From positions 22,816,001 to 22,880,000 of the forward strand of contig CM022665.1 in NCBI GenBank assembly GCA_012295275.1: 64,000 bases of DNA. The letters run 5' to 3'. Of this stretch, positions 1 to 10,559 are shown piece by piece (position 1 is the first letter of the stretch; every line of letters begins with the position of its first letter). The DNA is from Chrysomallon squamiferum. Its lineage: Eukaryota > Animalia > Mollusca. The position numbers and the translations under genes were made by a program. Under the pieces are notes generated by a model that saw only the letters and a list, made by a program, of their open reading frames with translations, did not search any database and was not told the origin of the DNA.

Positions 1-360
1 TAAAATATATATAAAGCAAAACAAATTTAATAATGACGCCAAGATATTTTGATCTAGTTTCATTTTGTAATGATTAACTTTATTGTTTCTTGTAAATCTA
101 GTCTGTATTCCATGAACGGCTCTAAAATTGTTCACGTGTAAAAAATTTGTGCTATGGTTGCCTTTGTGGAAACAGAAGAAGAGAAAGAAGAAAGAAAGAA
201 AGAAAGAACAACAACAACAACAGAGAAGAGGCAGATGAAGGAGGAGATCCAAAAACGTGAATGGAGATGAAAAAAGATATGAAAATGCTTCTATAAAGAG
301 TTTATTTAAGACATTCGGAACATCATTTTAGAATTGAAGTTGAAAACTATTTCCTCTTAC

Positions 361-448
361 TCGTCTTGCCATCATGCCAACAACTCCGGTCCACGAGCCA
401 TTTTTCTTCACTCCCCATTGCTTATCTTCTGGTTCTTTAATTATGTAT
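361..448 (-). CDS. Copy B exon 7 (S1)
   Basis: [29 protein letters not shown]; AG/GTAAG boundaries. Confidence 0.9.
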
Positions 449-685
449 CTAGATATTACAAAACAGTTATGTATTATTTAGGATTTTGTTTTTCAGTTGT
501 TTTAACTTCATTATGTCTGCCTATAAATTATACAAATAAAATTGGAGAGACAGATAAATCGACAGATAGATAAATATAAAGAGAGAAGAGGTAGACAGAT
601 AGAGAGATAGATAGGTAGGTAAATAGACATTTGTTTTCTTTTTAAATACGATATTTTTACAATTAACAATAAGAATACAGTTTAT

Positions 686-763
<78 letters not shown>

Positions 764-2316
764 ATCAGAATAATTTATAAAAGTAATGTATGAAGATACT
801 GATTATTTTGTATCAGATATTCTAACGTAATCGACTACTTACGTAAAATTAAGAAAGTTAGCCATTACGTTGAGTATATCTATGCTATATCCTTCGTAGG
901 TAACGATTCCATTTTTATAAACAGCTGATGAGAAATCACCATCCTACGAATATTAAAAAAGATTTTTTTAATTTAAACAGTGGAAATATAATATTTTCTG
1001 ACAGATTGAAATAATAAAACTCATTTCAAAAACTGCAATGCGAACCCAAATGATGGAACGTTTCCAAATCACGTGTTCGAAAAATTCTTTGTGATACTCA
1101 TTTCATTAAATATAGGTTTGCACGTGGAAAGAGAATCTGTGTAAAGAAGATTCAAATTTAGAATTTGAAAAATAATGAATTATTGATCTACTATTTGCAC
1201 ACATTAAACTAAGTCTTCGGAGACACGTAGCTTTTCTCGCTCATGTATGTGTCTCTGATAGACCTATTATTATTATTTTTGGTAATATTAAATATACCTA
1301 TATTTTCAATGTTACCGTTTAAAATACATTTTGCAACAATAAAACATTTTGGGAAGATATCTATCCATTAAGAAAACTGAACGAATGTTAAGAACGGAGA
1401 CATATTTGAAATGTTTCTAGTTAATAATATACGTTGAAAACAATAGCCATACTTACTTCTATTGTTAAAACAAGCAGCTGTTTTCCGTTGTATTTATATT
1501 TGATATTTGGAAAAATGTCGTCTGTTGTTACTGTGCAATGGTTTATCTGTACTTCTATCAGCGATGGGGACGGATTTGAACTCCTGATGGTAAATATTTT
1601 TATATTATTCTTTGGACATCCGTCCTGAAACATAGACAAACTTTAAAAAGATCACTTTTAAATAGATGAAAAAAATCCCTTTTGGCTTTTGTTAAATAAA
1701 GATACGCATTTCTAGCCGAAAGAATGACTCACAGTAGAACTATTTCGTACAAGAGAATGTGAACAAATACTGATGCATAAAGATAACCGTTAACAAAGGT
1801 AAGCCGTTGCCATGTGAAAGAAAAATTCATGGAAATCAACGAGTAATAAATTCTTCTTATCCATTTGATATATTCTTTATTTCTCTTTGCTGCATGTGTT
1901 TTGCATATGATGTTTCTTTCAAATACAATATAGGATGCCCACCTTTGAATATCGAGATTATTAAGGAGAAATAATATCGATATTTTCTAATTTGAAGTGG
2001 ACGCTTTGAATAATAAAAAAAGATAAAACAGTCGCATAAAATCTTAAGAAACAAAAATAAAAATTACTCATGAATAAACTAAAAATCAAGAAACAAGGAA
2101 AAAAGAAAAAAGAAAAATCCCAACAAAAAGAAACAGATTTCTATACCACGCTTAGTGATGAAACAAAAACTACATTTTCCAAATTGGTGGTCCACATTGT
2201 TACACTGTTTTTACAGGAATCATCAGAAATTATAATCCACTTGGATCTGTGTCCATAATCCGATGTCCGATTGGAATTCAGATCGAAGTCGTTCACCTTA
2301 ACAAAACAAAGGTGTA

Positions 2317-2361
<45 letters not shown>

Positions 2362-4073
2362 AGCTTTTATACAAAAAATAACAGTAATTTTTAAAGAAAG
2401 CGAGAAAGAAATAGTATTGTAAAACTAATTACATAGATTTGTGATAAAATAACAAATTAGTTGTAGGAATAAAGTAACATGATTTTACTGATTATAGAAA
2501 CGTCTGTGGTTGAAGTTAGAAACAGTCATAAAATTAATATCATCATCACGATAATATAACAGTCATCATCATCATCATCGCCATCATCAATAACACCATC
2601 ATTACCAACATTATTATGTTCATCATGAATAGCATAATCATTATTATCAGCATAGTATCATGTAACTATCAACCTGTTTAAGGATAGCTGAGACAGATGT
2701 ACACTGTCCTATGAAGATGAAATTTAGATGGTCAGCTGTGTGGTACAGTTCATCGAGGAAGACTCGAATGTCTGTTTCCGAATCAAAATTGTCAACATTC
2801 GTCAGCTGAGCTAGTATCTGGAACTGAGTGTGGTCCAAGGCCGCAGACATACCGTGAACAATGTTTTCTGTGACACAAATGATGAAAGTGTAATCAGTAA
2901 TTCAAAATATCTATTGAACATTTTGCTTAAGAATACCTGAATTTTAAAAAAAAAATTATAATTATTTTAGTGATATTATAGTATTGATGTCCAAATGATA
3001 AATCCGCTACCACCATTTTAGGGAAAAGGTAAAACATTTACAGCTTTATATAATATTCAGCTTTTAAAAACAAAAACAGTTATCAACAGGGAAGTACCGA
3101 CTGTTAAAATCCTGAGAATTAAAATATGTACTTAGGTTTTGAATACCAGTTTCGTATAATTATTTGATTTTTTCTGCCCAAACCAATTTAGCTTGAGCTG
3201 AAGAATTTTCTAATTTCTTAATAGAAAAAAAAAAAAAAAATAAAAAAGAAGAAAAAAGATCCATTTTGTTTATCGTGCTAGTGAATGCGTCTATGTGATG
3301 AACGATCTTTCACTATTAAACTCACTGAAAAGACCAAGCGTTAGTAATATGATTATATTTTAAAACATAACTTAGAATTTTACCTCCAACATTGTCAAAC
3401 AGTATGACGACACTTTTCCATGCCAGCTGACGTAACAGACAGGCAGAGGTTTTGAAGAGAAAATCTGAAGCGTTTTGTTCTTTTGGGTCACATCTATCGG
3501 TACGAATCAAATAAGTATCTCCGTTTCCTTCATTCTGGCAAGCTTCAAATTAAAGAAAACAAGAATAATAAGACTTAAATATTGATATGTAATACCGTAC
3601 TAATGCCATGGATATTTCGTGATGGATATTTGTTTGCATACGCATGCATTTACGTCTGTCTGTACGTATGTAGTTTAAGATCTTGAATATTCTCTGTCGT
3701 ATTTACGTCTGAATAGACTCTGCACATAGACAATATTCGGGATCAGGAGGAGAAAGTCGAATCACGACCTCACAAATACCGTCAGATGCCGGTGACGAGA
3801 CTCGAACTTATGGCATTCATTCGCCCGTATCCCGAAGGCGGATGGCGTTACTGTTGGGCCATCGAGACAACCTTGAAAATCATTGCTTCCCACGAAGCAC
3901 GCCGTTCTTTGACTCTCGTGATTTTTGCGGGCATCTATTTTTTTTGTGAGAAACCTGGCACTGGCATGTATGTAGTTTAGGATTTTAAATATTCTCTGTC
4001 TTATGTACGTCTGATTAAAATAATGATACTTAAATATTAAAATGTAATACCGTACTAATGCCATAGATATTGC

Positions 4074-4134
<61 letters not shown>

Positions 4135-4372
4135 CATGCTGATGGATGTTTGTTTGCATAGGTATGTATATTTATATGTATTTACGTATGTATGTATATA
4201 TGTTTGTATGTATGTATGTATTGATGTTTACATGTATTTACGTACGTATGTATGTATGTTATTTTGCATATGTATGTATCTGTATATGTATCTATGTATG
4301 TATGTACATACGTAGTTTCTTACCTTGAGCTTGGTTAACAAGTGTAAAAACGACTGCCCAAATGAAATACAT
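361..4372 (-). CDS. Copy B: tandem paralog of the iGluR-like/IR gene, exons 1-7 only; 3' part lies beyond the left window edge
   Basis: Exons 4324-4372, 3384-3542, 2674-2867, 2147-2296, 1457-1624, 843-943, 361-448 have the same lengths and phases as copy A exons 1-7 and remain open. Confidence 0.9.
697..761. repeat. (GA)n microsatellite, intron 6 of copy B
   Basis: Pure GA run; the equivalent intron of copy A has one at 7982-8069. Confidence 0.97.
843..943 (-). CDS. Copy B exon 6 (S1)
   Basis: [34 protein letters not shown]; AG/GTAAG boundaries. Confidence 0.9.
1457..1624 (-). CDS. Copy B exon 5
   Basis: DGCPKNN...[19 protein letters not shown]; AG/GTAAG boundaries. Confidence 0.86.
2147..2296 (-). 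CDS. Copy B exon 4
   Basis: 150 nt identical to A exon 4. Confidence 0.75.
2674..2867 (-). CDS. Copy B exon 3
   Basis: 194 nt identical to A exon 3; donor CAG|GTTGAT. Confidence 0.78.
3384..3542 (-). CDS. Copy B exon 2
   Basis: 159 nt; one difference from A (DFLF vs DSLF). Confidence 0.77.
3735..3965 (-). mobile_element. Probable tRNA-derived SINE remnant in copy B intron 1
   Basis: GC-rich segment absent from copy A; minus strand shows A-box-like TGGCCCAACAGTAA (3848-3861) and B box GTTCGAGTC (3799-3807) followed by a tRNA-like 3' end TCGTCACCGGCA. Confidence 0.5.
4075..4312. repeat. (TA)n plus degenerate (TATG)n, intron 1 of copy B
   Basis: Visible simple repeat. Confidence 0.93.
4324..4372 (-). 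CDS. Copy B exon 1 (signal peptide)
   Basis: [17 protein letters not shown]|GTAAG; one synonymous difference from A. Confidence 0.83.
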
Positions 4373-4819
4373 TCCAACGTTTAACTAAACAGTTCCGTGT
4401 GACTCAGAATCAGGAATTAAATATTTAACAGTACATTAAACATTTGATGATAATGTGACTAGTATCTGTTTATTCATAAATAATTGCTTGCATGCTGTAG
4501 TAATCGATGTGATCAAATGTTGAAAAAGTCAGGATGTAGAATAAATGTTCATAAGTAAAATAATAAACATAAAAACAATTATTTTTCGTTTAAAACGTAT
4601 TGTTTCTATAACAATGAGACGTAATCGTTTCGTATATATAAATATATTCCCTAATAAAGCAACAAATGCATGTTTTGTATCCGAATTGATTCTCATGAGA
4701 CATCGAGAGATAAATAAATTCATATTTTCTTTGTTTTTTTACACTCTGTATTTACTCTTCCCGTTTGATAATCTAAGCTACTGAAGAGCAATCTTAATTG
4801 ACTATTTTGTCGATAATCG

Positions 4820-4938
<119 letters not shown>

Positions 4939-5221
4939 TTCTATTGTATTGGACAGTTTCTAACGCTCGGACTAATGCAGTTTATTCACAGGAATTCAGA
5001 AACCCGAGAAAAAGGTTAGTAACAAGAATTTTAGTTAGAGAAAAGCGAGAACATACATCTGGGATCCACTTTTCTGGAATGAAGATACAAACAACAACAA
5101 AAAATTAAATAACAAAAATTATTAGAACCTCTTTAATAAAGAAAAGTCTGATTAATAAAAAAAAGTCCAAACTATCGAATCAAATACATTCATCTTGTTG
5201 TTTTAGTTCCACTGTTAAATG

Positions 5222-5432
5222 CTATAAAAGTTTGCACTTAACAAAACTAGAAACTACTTCAAGAATTAGAATCAAAGTTGCGAATCCTATTCCAGCAACG
5301 GACAGGATAAAAATACTTCTAACATCGCCAATTTTCAAAGATTTTTCTCGAACATGTTTTTCAGTACAGGGTTGTTTAAACCATTTCTTTTTTAAGTTAG
5401 CGAGAACTCCATTGTCGATAAGATGAGATAAT
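5222..5432 (-). CDS. Copy A exon 11 (S2 end, M4, stop)
   Basis: LSHLIDNGVLANLKKKWFKQPC...SLKIGDVRSIFILSVAGIGFATLILILEVV..CKLL then TAG. Confidence 0.93.
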
Positions 5433-7973
5433 CTGTAGAAGAAGAACAAAGGAAACATGAACACTTTTGCAGTTGTTATAAGTCCAAAAAATAATCAACA
5501 CAATGTCCAGCATCGTCATCACCACCAGCAACAACAATAAGAAAAAACCCACAACACACACAAAAATAAAAAATATTTACAAAAATCAAATGAACTTCAG
5601 AAAATACCAAAACAGACCAGAAACGAAAACAATTTCACCACCATCACGACAACAGCCAAAAAAAAGAACAACAAACAAAACAACCAACAAAAAATTCATT
5701 TCCTTGAGAAGCAAATAACAGATCAACAAGTGAAGAGTATAAGAAGAAGACGAAGAAGAAGAAGAAGAAGAAAAAGAAAATAAAAAATAAAATAAAATAA
5801 ATAAATAATAAATTAATAGTAAAAAAGAACTGGGTTCTAGAAAATCTAACTAATTCGAAAGGGTATTAACGTATGAAATTCTTTGCAAAATAACACCATA
5901 TTTCAAAGCATTTAACAGAACAGCATGTCATTTACTATAATTAACACAAAAAACGTCAGTATTCAACTACTTCAATACATTTTACCCGTTAAATTTAAAA
6001 TCATGGTGGTGCTTTTTTTTTGTTTTTAATTAAATATTTTTCTACACTCACATTTTCTCAAAATCTTTGATATATGGTGATGCAGTAGGAACGCCGAAAG
6101 CAAGATGTTGCCAACTGAAAGGAGAATTCATGAAAACCAGCGAGCAGTGATTTCTCCTAAGCCAGGTGCCAAACATTTTATTGACGATCCATCCATATTT
6201 CCCTTTCAGAGTTCTTTGTATAATGTAGTTTTGATCAGTACTCAGGATACCTGGATCTGTCTGTACTCTTTGCTGAATAGCAGTCCAAGCTTGCTTGACT
6301 TCTCCAGTCTTTGCTTTCTGAAAAGACAAATGACTAAACGTATTATACATAGACAGACAGACTGACAGAAAGTCAGTCAGGTTGGCAGGCACACAGACAA
6401 AAAGAGACACACTTAGAATATGTACCTATAGATGAATGAACATGAGATTAGGAATTTTGACTCACCTCCATTATTACACTGATGATTCCCTCGGAAAAAA
6501 TACCAAAGGTATATTCCCTGTTTACAGTAAGTTCTCCTAATGTTCTGAAAGGAACTCTGGGTTTTCGTACAGTCAGGTTTGCAACTAGATTCGATGTATA
6601 GCTAGCTGTGATGATAATCAAAAATAAACTCCAACAAGCAATGAGCAGTCTGCTCGAGGACGTTCTGGGATTTGTAGTTGTTGCTTGTAAAATAAAATTT
6701 AAATGTAAGTGAGGCATCATGTGATGTAGTCAAGCGATCAAACTATATTGCTTTAAAAAGCTGTAAATTGAAATTAACTATCAATAACTATATTGTTTTA
6801 AAAAGTTAAAATGAACTATTCTTGCTTTAATGAACGGTGTTCATAATTTCCTTCTTCGGGGAATTATAATTATTTCAGACGAAGAAAATATATTGAAAAT
6901 GTTACTTACATCTATAAGTAAGGGATGCAACAACAAACCAGAAAGTTGATTTCAAATAAATCAAAAGTCTTCTGTAAGATACTCTCTCTCTTGGATGTGA
7001 CTTTCTATGTCCAAACAATTGCAACAAAGCAAAGAGAAGACAGAAAACTCCGGCTGAAATCCCAATCAACACAAACACAATTGGTTTGAACTGTCTGATG
7101 TACGTATACCAGTAATCATCATTAAACTCGTCTCTTTTGTAGAGAACATCAACTTCGTCTGACACTACTGGTGGTTCAAGAAAATGCATCACTTTTGCCC
7201 GATCTTCGTGAACTGTCACGCTGGCTATTTGTAAATCAGCTTCCTATGATATATATTTGACAATAGTTACTATCTTTTTTTGTTATGAAGATTATAAAAA
7301 TAAACTGAATATACATATCAAATTGTCTTTGTTTTTGTCAATGGATAATAACAATAATTCAGACAATTCTGGATTTCCTACAATATCTTAAATGTCTATA
7401 AAGCAAAAGGAAATAGTAATGTCTTCATGATTTTGATCTGGTTTTAGACTGTAAATTCTTCAGTAGAAAGGTTTTATAGCTGTCTTCTTTGTTCAAAGCA
7501 GAAGAAGAGTAAGAAAAAGAATCAAAGAAGGATGAAGATAAATGTAGAAGGTGAAATAAGATATTAAAATACCTGTATAAAAAGGTTTACTTGAGACATT
7601 TTAAAACGACATTTTATAATAAAAGTTGAATACTACTTTCTCTTACTCTTCTTGCCATCTTGCCGACAACTCCGGTCCATGAACCATTTTTCTTCAGTCC
7701 CCACGTCTTATCTTCAGGTTCTTTAATTATATATCTAGTTATTACAAAGCAATTTTATCTAACTTAGGATTTTGTATTTCAGACATTTTAACAGCATGGT
7801 CTTCCTGTAGATTTTACAAATAAAAGTGGAGAGAAAGAAATATAAATCGACAATAGAGACAGATAGAAAGAGAAAAAGAAATAGATATTTAATTTTTTAA
7901 ATATAATATTTTTACACATTACAGTTAGGAATACGAATCTTAACTTTCGACATAGAGTTTACTATTAGTACAT

Positions 7974-8071
<98 letters not shown>

Positions 8072-9204
8072 AGCGATAGATAATCAGCGAATTAGAATAA
8101 TTTTAAAATACTAGTTATTTTGTAATAGAAATTTTACCGTAATCGACTACTTACGTAAAATTAAGAAAGCTGGCCATTATGTTGAGTATATCTATGCTAT
8201 ATCCTTCGTAGGTAACCATTCCATTTTTATAAACAGTTGATGAGAAATCACCATCCTACCAAAGTGAAAATGTATATTTATATAATCAGTGGAAATATAT
8301 TTTCTGACTGACTTACGTGATAAAACTGAGTGAATGTTAGGAATGGAGACACTTTTGAAATGTTTTTACCTAATAATATAGTTTGAAAACAATAGCTATA
8401 CTTACGTCTACCGTTAAAACAAGCAGCCGTTTTCCATTGTATTTATATTTGATATTTGGGAAAATGTCGTCTGTTGTTACTGTGCAATGGTTTATCTGTA
8501 CTTCTATCAGCGATGGGGACGGATTTGAACTCCTGATGGTAAATATTTTTATATTATTCTTTGGACATCCGTCCTGAAACATAGACAAACTTTAAAAAGA
8601 TCACTTTTAAATAGATGAAAAAAATCCCTTTTGGCTTTTGTTAAATAAAGATACGCATTTCTAGCCGAAAGAATGACTCACAGTAAAATTATTTCGTATA
8701 AGAGAAAGAAAAATTCATGGAAATCAACGAGAAATAAATTCTTCTTATCCATTTGATATATTCTTTATTTCTCTTTGCTGCATATGTTTTGCAAATGATG
8801 TTACTTTCAATTAGAATATAGGATGCCCACCTTGGAATATCGAGTTTATTAAGGAGAAATAATATCGATATTTTCTAATTTTAAGTAGACGCTTTGAATA
8901 ATGAAAAAAGATAAAATAGTCGCATAAAATCTAAGAAACAAAAATAAAAATGATTTATGAATAAACTAAAAATCAAAAAATCAAGGAAAAAAGAAAGAAG
9001 AAAAATCGCAACAAAAAGAAACAGATTTCTATACCACGCTTAGTGATGAAACAAAAACTACATTTTCCAAATTGGTGGTCCACATTGTTACACTGTTTTT
9101 ACAGGAATCATCAGAAATTATAATCCACTTGGATCTGTGTCCATAATCCGATGTCCGATTGGAATTCAGATCGAAGTCGTTCACCTTAACAAAACAAAGG
9201 TGTA

Positions 9205-9238
<34 letters not shown>

Positions 9239-9979
9239 TAATTAATTAATTAATTATTATTATTATTAAATCATTTTATTAAGAAAGAAATAACAGTGAG
9301 TTCTTAAAGAAAGTGAGAAAGAAGTAACGGTATTGTAAAACTAATTAAATATATATATAATATATGCACCACCATGAAAATGCAACCGTCATAATCATCA
9401 TCACCATCATCATAATCATCATCAACACCATCATTATCATGATTATTTCCACCGTATTATTGTCATCACCACAGTCACTATTGTGTTCATCATCATTAGA
9501 ATAATAATATTAGCACTGTGTCCTGTAAAGAGAACCACGACTTAACTATCTACCTGTTTAAGGATAGCTGAGACAGATGTACACTGTCCTATGAAGATGA
9601 AATTTAGATGGTCAGCTGTGTGGTACAGTTCATCGAGGAAGACTCGAATGTCTGTTTCCGAATCAAAATTGTCAACATTCGTCAGCTGAGCTAGTATCTG
9701 GAACTGAGTGTGGTCCAAGGCCGCAGACATACCGTGAACAATGTTTTCTGTGACACAAATGATGAAAGTGTAATCAGTAATTCAAAATATCTATTGAACA
9801 TTATTATTTACAGCTTTTTAACAAACAAAAACAGTTAACAACAGGGAAGTACCGACTGTTAAAATCCCGACAATTAAAATATGTACTTAGGTTTTGAATC
9901 GTAGTTTCGTATAATTATTTGATTTTGTTCTGCCCAAACCAATTAAGCTTGACCTGAAGAAATTTCTAATTTCTTAATA

Positions 9980-10012
<33 letters not shown>

Positions 10013-10559
10013 AGAAGTAGAAAAAAAGATCCATTTTGTTTATCGAGCTAGTGAATGCGTCTCTGTGATGAACGATCTTTCACTATTAAACTCACTGAAA
10101 AGACCAAGCGTTAGTAATATGATTATATTTTAAAAAATAACTTAGAATTTTACCTCCAACATTGTCAAACAGTATGACGACACTTTTCCATGCCAGCTGA
10201 CGTAACAGACAGGCAGAGGTTTTGAAGAGAGAATCTGAAGCGTTTTGTTCTTTTGGGTCACATCTATCGGTACGAATCAAATAAGTATCTCCGTTTCCTT
10301 CATTCTGGCAAGCTTCAAATTAAAGAAAACAAGAATAGAGACTGCTGCTAGTTCGATTTAAATACTAAAATATAGTGCTGTACTAATGCCCAGTGTGTCT
10401 GTGTGTGTGGGTGTGTGAGTGTGTGAGTGTGTGTGTGTATATGTGTCTGATGTATATGTATATAATGTATCTGTGTATGTATATAAGTGAGTATACATGT
10501 AGTTTCTTACCTTGAGCTTGATTAACAAGTGTAAAAACGACTGCCCAAATGAAATACAT
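5222..10559 (-). CDS. Copy A: complete 11-exon ionotropic glutamate receptor-like / divergent IR gene, predicted 645 aa
   Basis: Exons 10511-10559, 10154-10312, 9554-9747, 9035-9184, 8406-8573, 8155-8255, 7647-7734, 6910-7243, 6466-6683, 6052-6317, 5222-5432 join via GT-AG introns with compatible phases into 1938 nt without stops. Motifs: signal peptide [18 protein letters not shown]1 [47 protein letters not shown]1, M2 FWFVVASLTYR, M3 SYTSNLVANLT, S2 with Cys pair (NHC / KKKWFKQPC), M4. Confidence 0.93.
6052..6317 (-). CDS. Copy A exon 10 (S2)
   Basis: KAKTGEVKQAW...GKYGWIVN...NHCSLVF...LAFGVPTASPYIKDFEK; TTTCAG/GTGAG boundaries. Confidence 0.93.
6466..6683 (-). CDS. Copy A exon 9 (M3, start of S2)
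   Basis: PRTSSSRLLIACWSLFLIIITASYTSNLVANLT, a variant of SYTANLAAFLT; AG/GTGAG boundaries. Confidence 0.95.
6910..7243 (-). CDS. Copy A exon 8 (S1 end, M1, M2)
   Basis: EADLQIASVTVHEDRAKVMHF...FKPIVFVLIGISAGVFCLLFALL...FWFVVASLTYR; AG/GTAAG boundaries. Confidence 0.93.
7647..7734 (-). CDS. Copy A exon 7 (S1)
   Basis: [29 protein letters not shown], the iGluR W.G..G motif; AG/GTAAG boundaries. Confidence 0.92.
7982..8069. repeat. (GA)n microsatellite, intron 6 of copy A
   Basis: Pure GA run. Confidence 0.97.
8155..8255 (-). CDS. Copy A exon 6 (S1)
   Basis: [34 protein letters not shown], the iGluR GY.IDLL motif; AG/GTAAG boundaries. Confidence 0.92.
8406..8573 (-). CDS. Copy A exon 5 (NTD end, start of S1)
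   Basis: TTTCAG| acceptor; DGCPKNN...[20 protein letters not shown]; |GTAAG donor. Confidence 0.87.
9035..9184 (-). CDS. Copy A exon 4 (N-terminal domain)
   Basis: TTGTTAAG| acceptor; [23 protein letters not shown]...VFVSSLSV; |GTATAG donor (weak). Confidence 0.75.
9554..9747 (-). CDS. Copy A exon 3 (N-terminal domain)
   Basis: TCACAG| acceptor; [16 protein letters not shown]...SAILKQ; CAG|GTAGAT donor. Confidence 0.8.
10154..10312 (-). CDS. Copy A exon 2 (N-terminal domain)
   Basis: TTGAAG| acceptor; [18 protein letters not shown]...[12 protein letters not shown]; G|GTAAAA donor keeps frame with exon 3. Confidence 0.78.
10511..10559 (-). CDS. Copy A exon 1 (signal peptide)
   Basis: ATG at 10559, [16 protein letters not shown], then G|GTAAG donor (phase 1); same 49-nt exon in copy B. 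Confidence 0.85.

Larger units (their letters stand above)
1..4810. repeat. Tandem segmental duplication unit B (paralogous to ~7389-11190)
   Basis: Exons, introns and ~430 bp of upstream sequence align by eye with copy A; similarity ends just before the (GA)n at 4828. Confidence 0.9.

Noticed and set aside
1434-1628. Plus-strand ORFs repeated in both copies (1434, 8383; also 5232, 6105)
   Set aside because: Antisense shadows of real minus-strand exons.
1857-2054. Minus-strand ORF in intron 4, similar in both copies, as a possible extra exon
   Set aside because: No GT donor at its end, more diverged than the true neighbouring exons, and exons 4 and 5 already join in phase.
4070-4328. ORFs with YIYI/MYVC/ERER/SLSL/poly-N runs here and throughout (4798, 12304, 16970-17608, 23414, 27559, 36593, 54181, 54613, 56775)
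   Set aside because: Translations of stop-free microsatellites, not genes.
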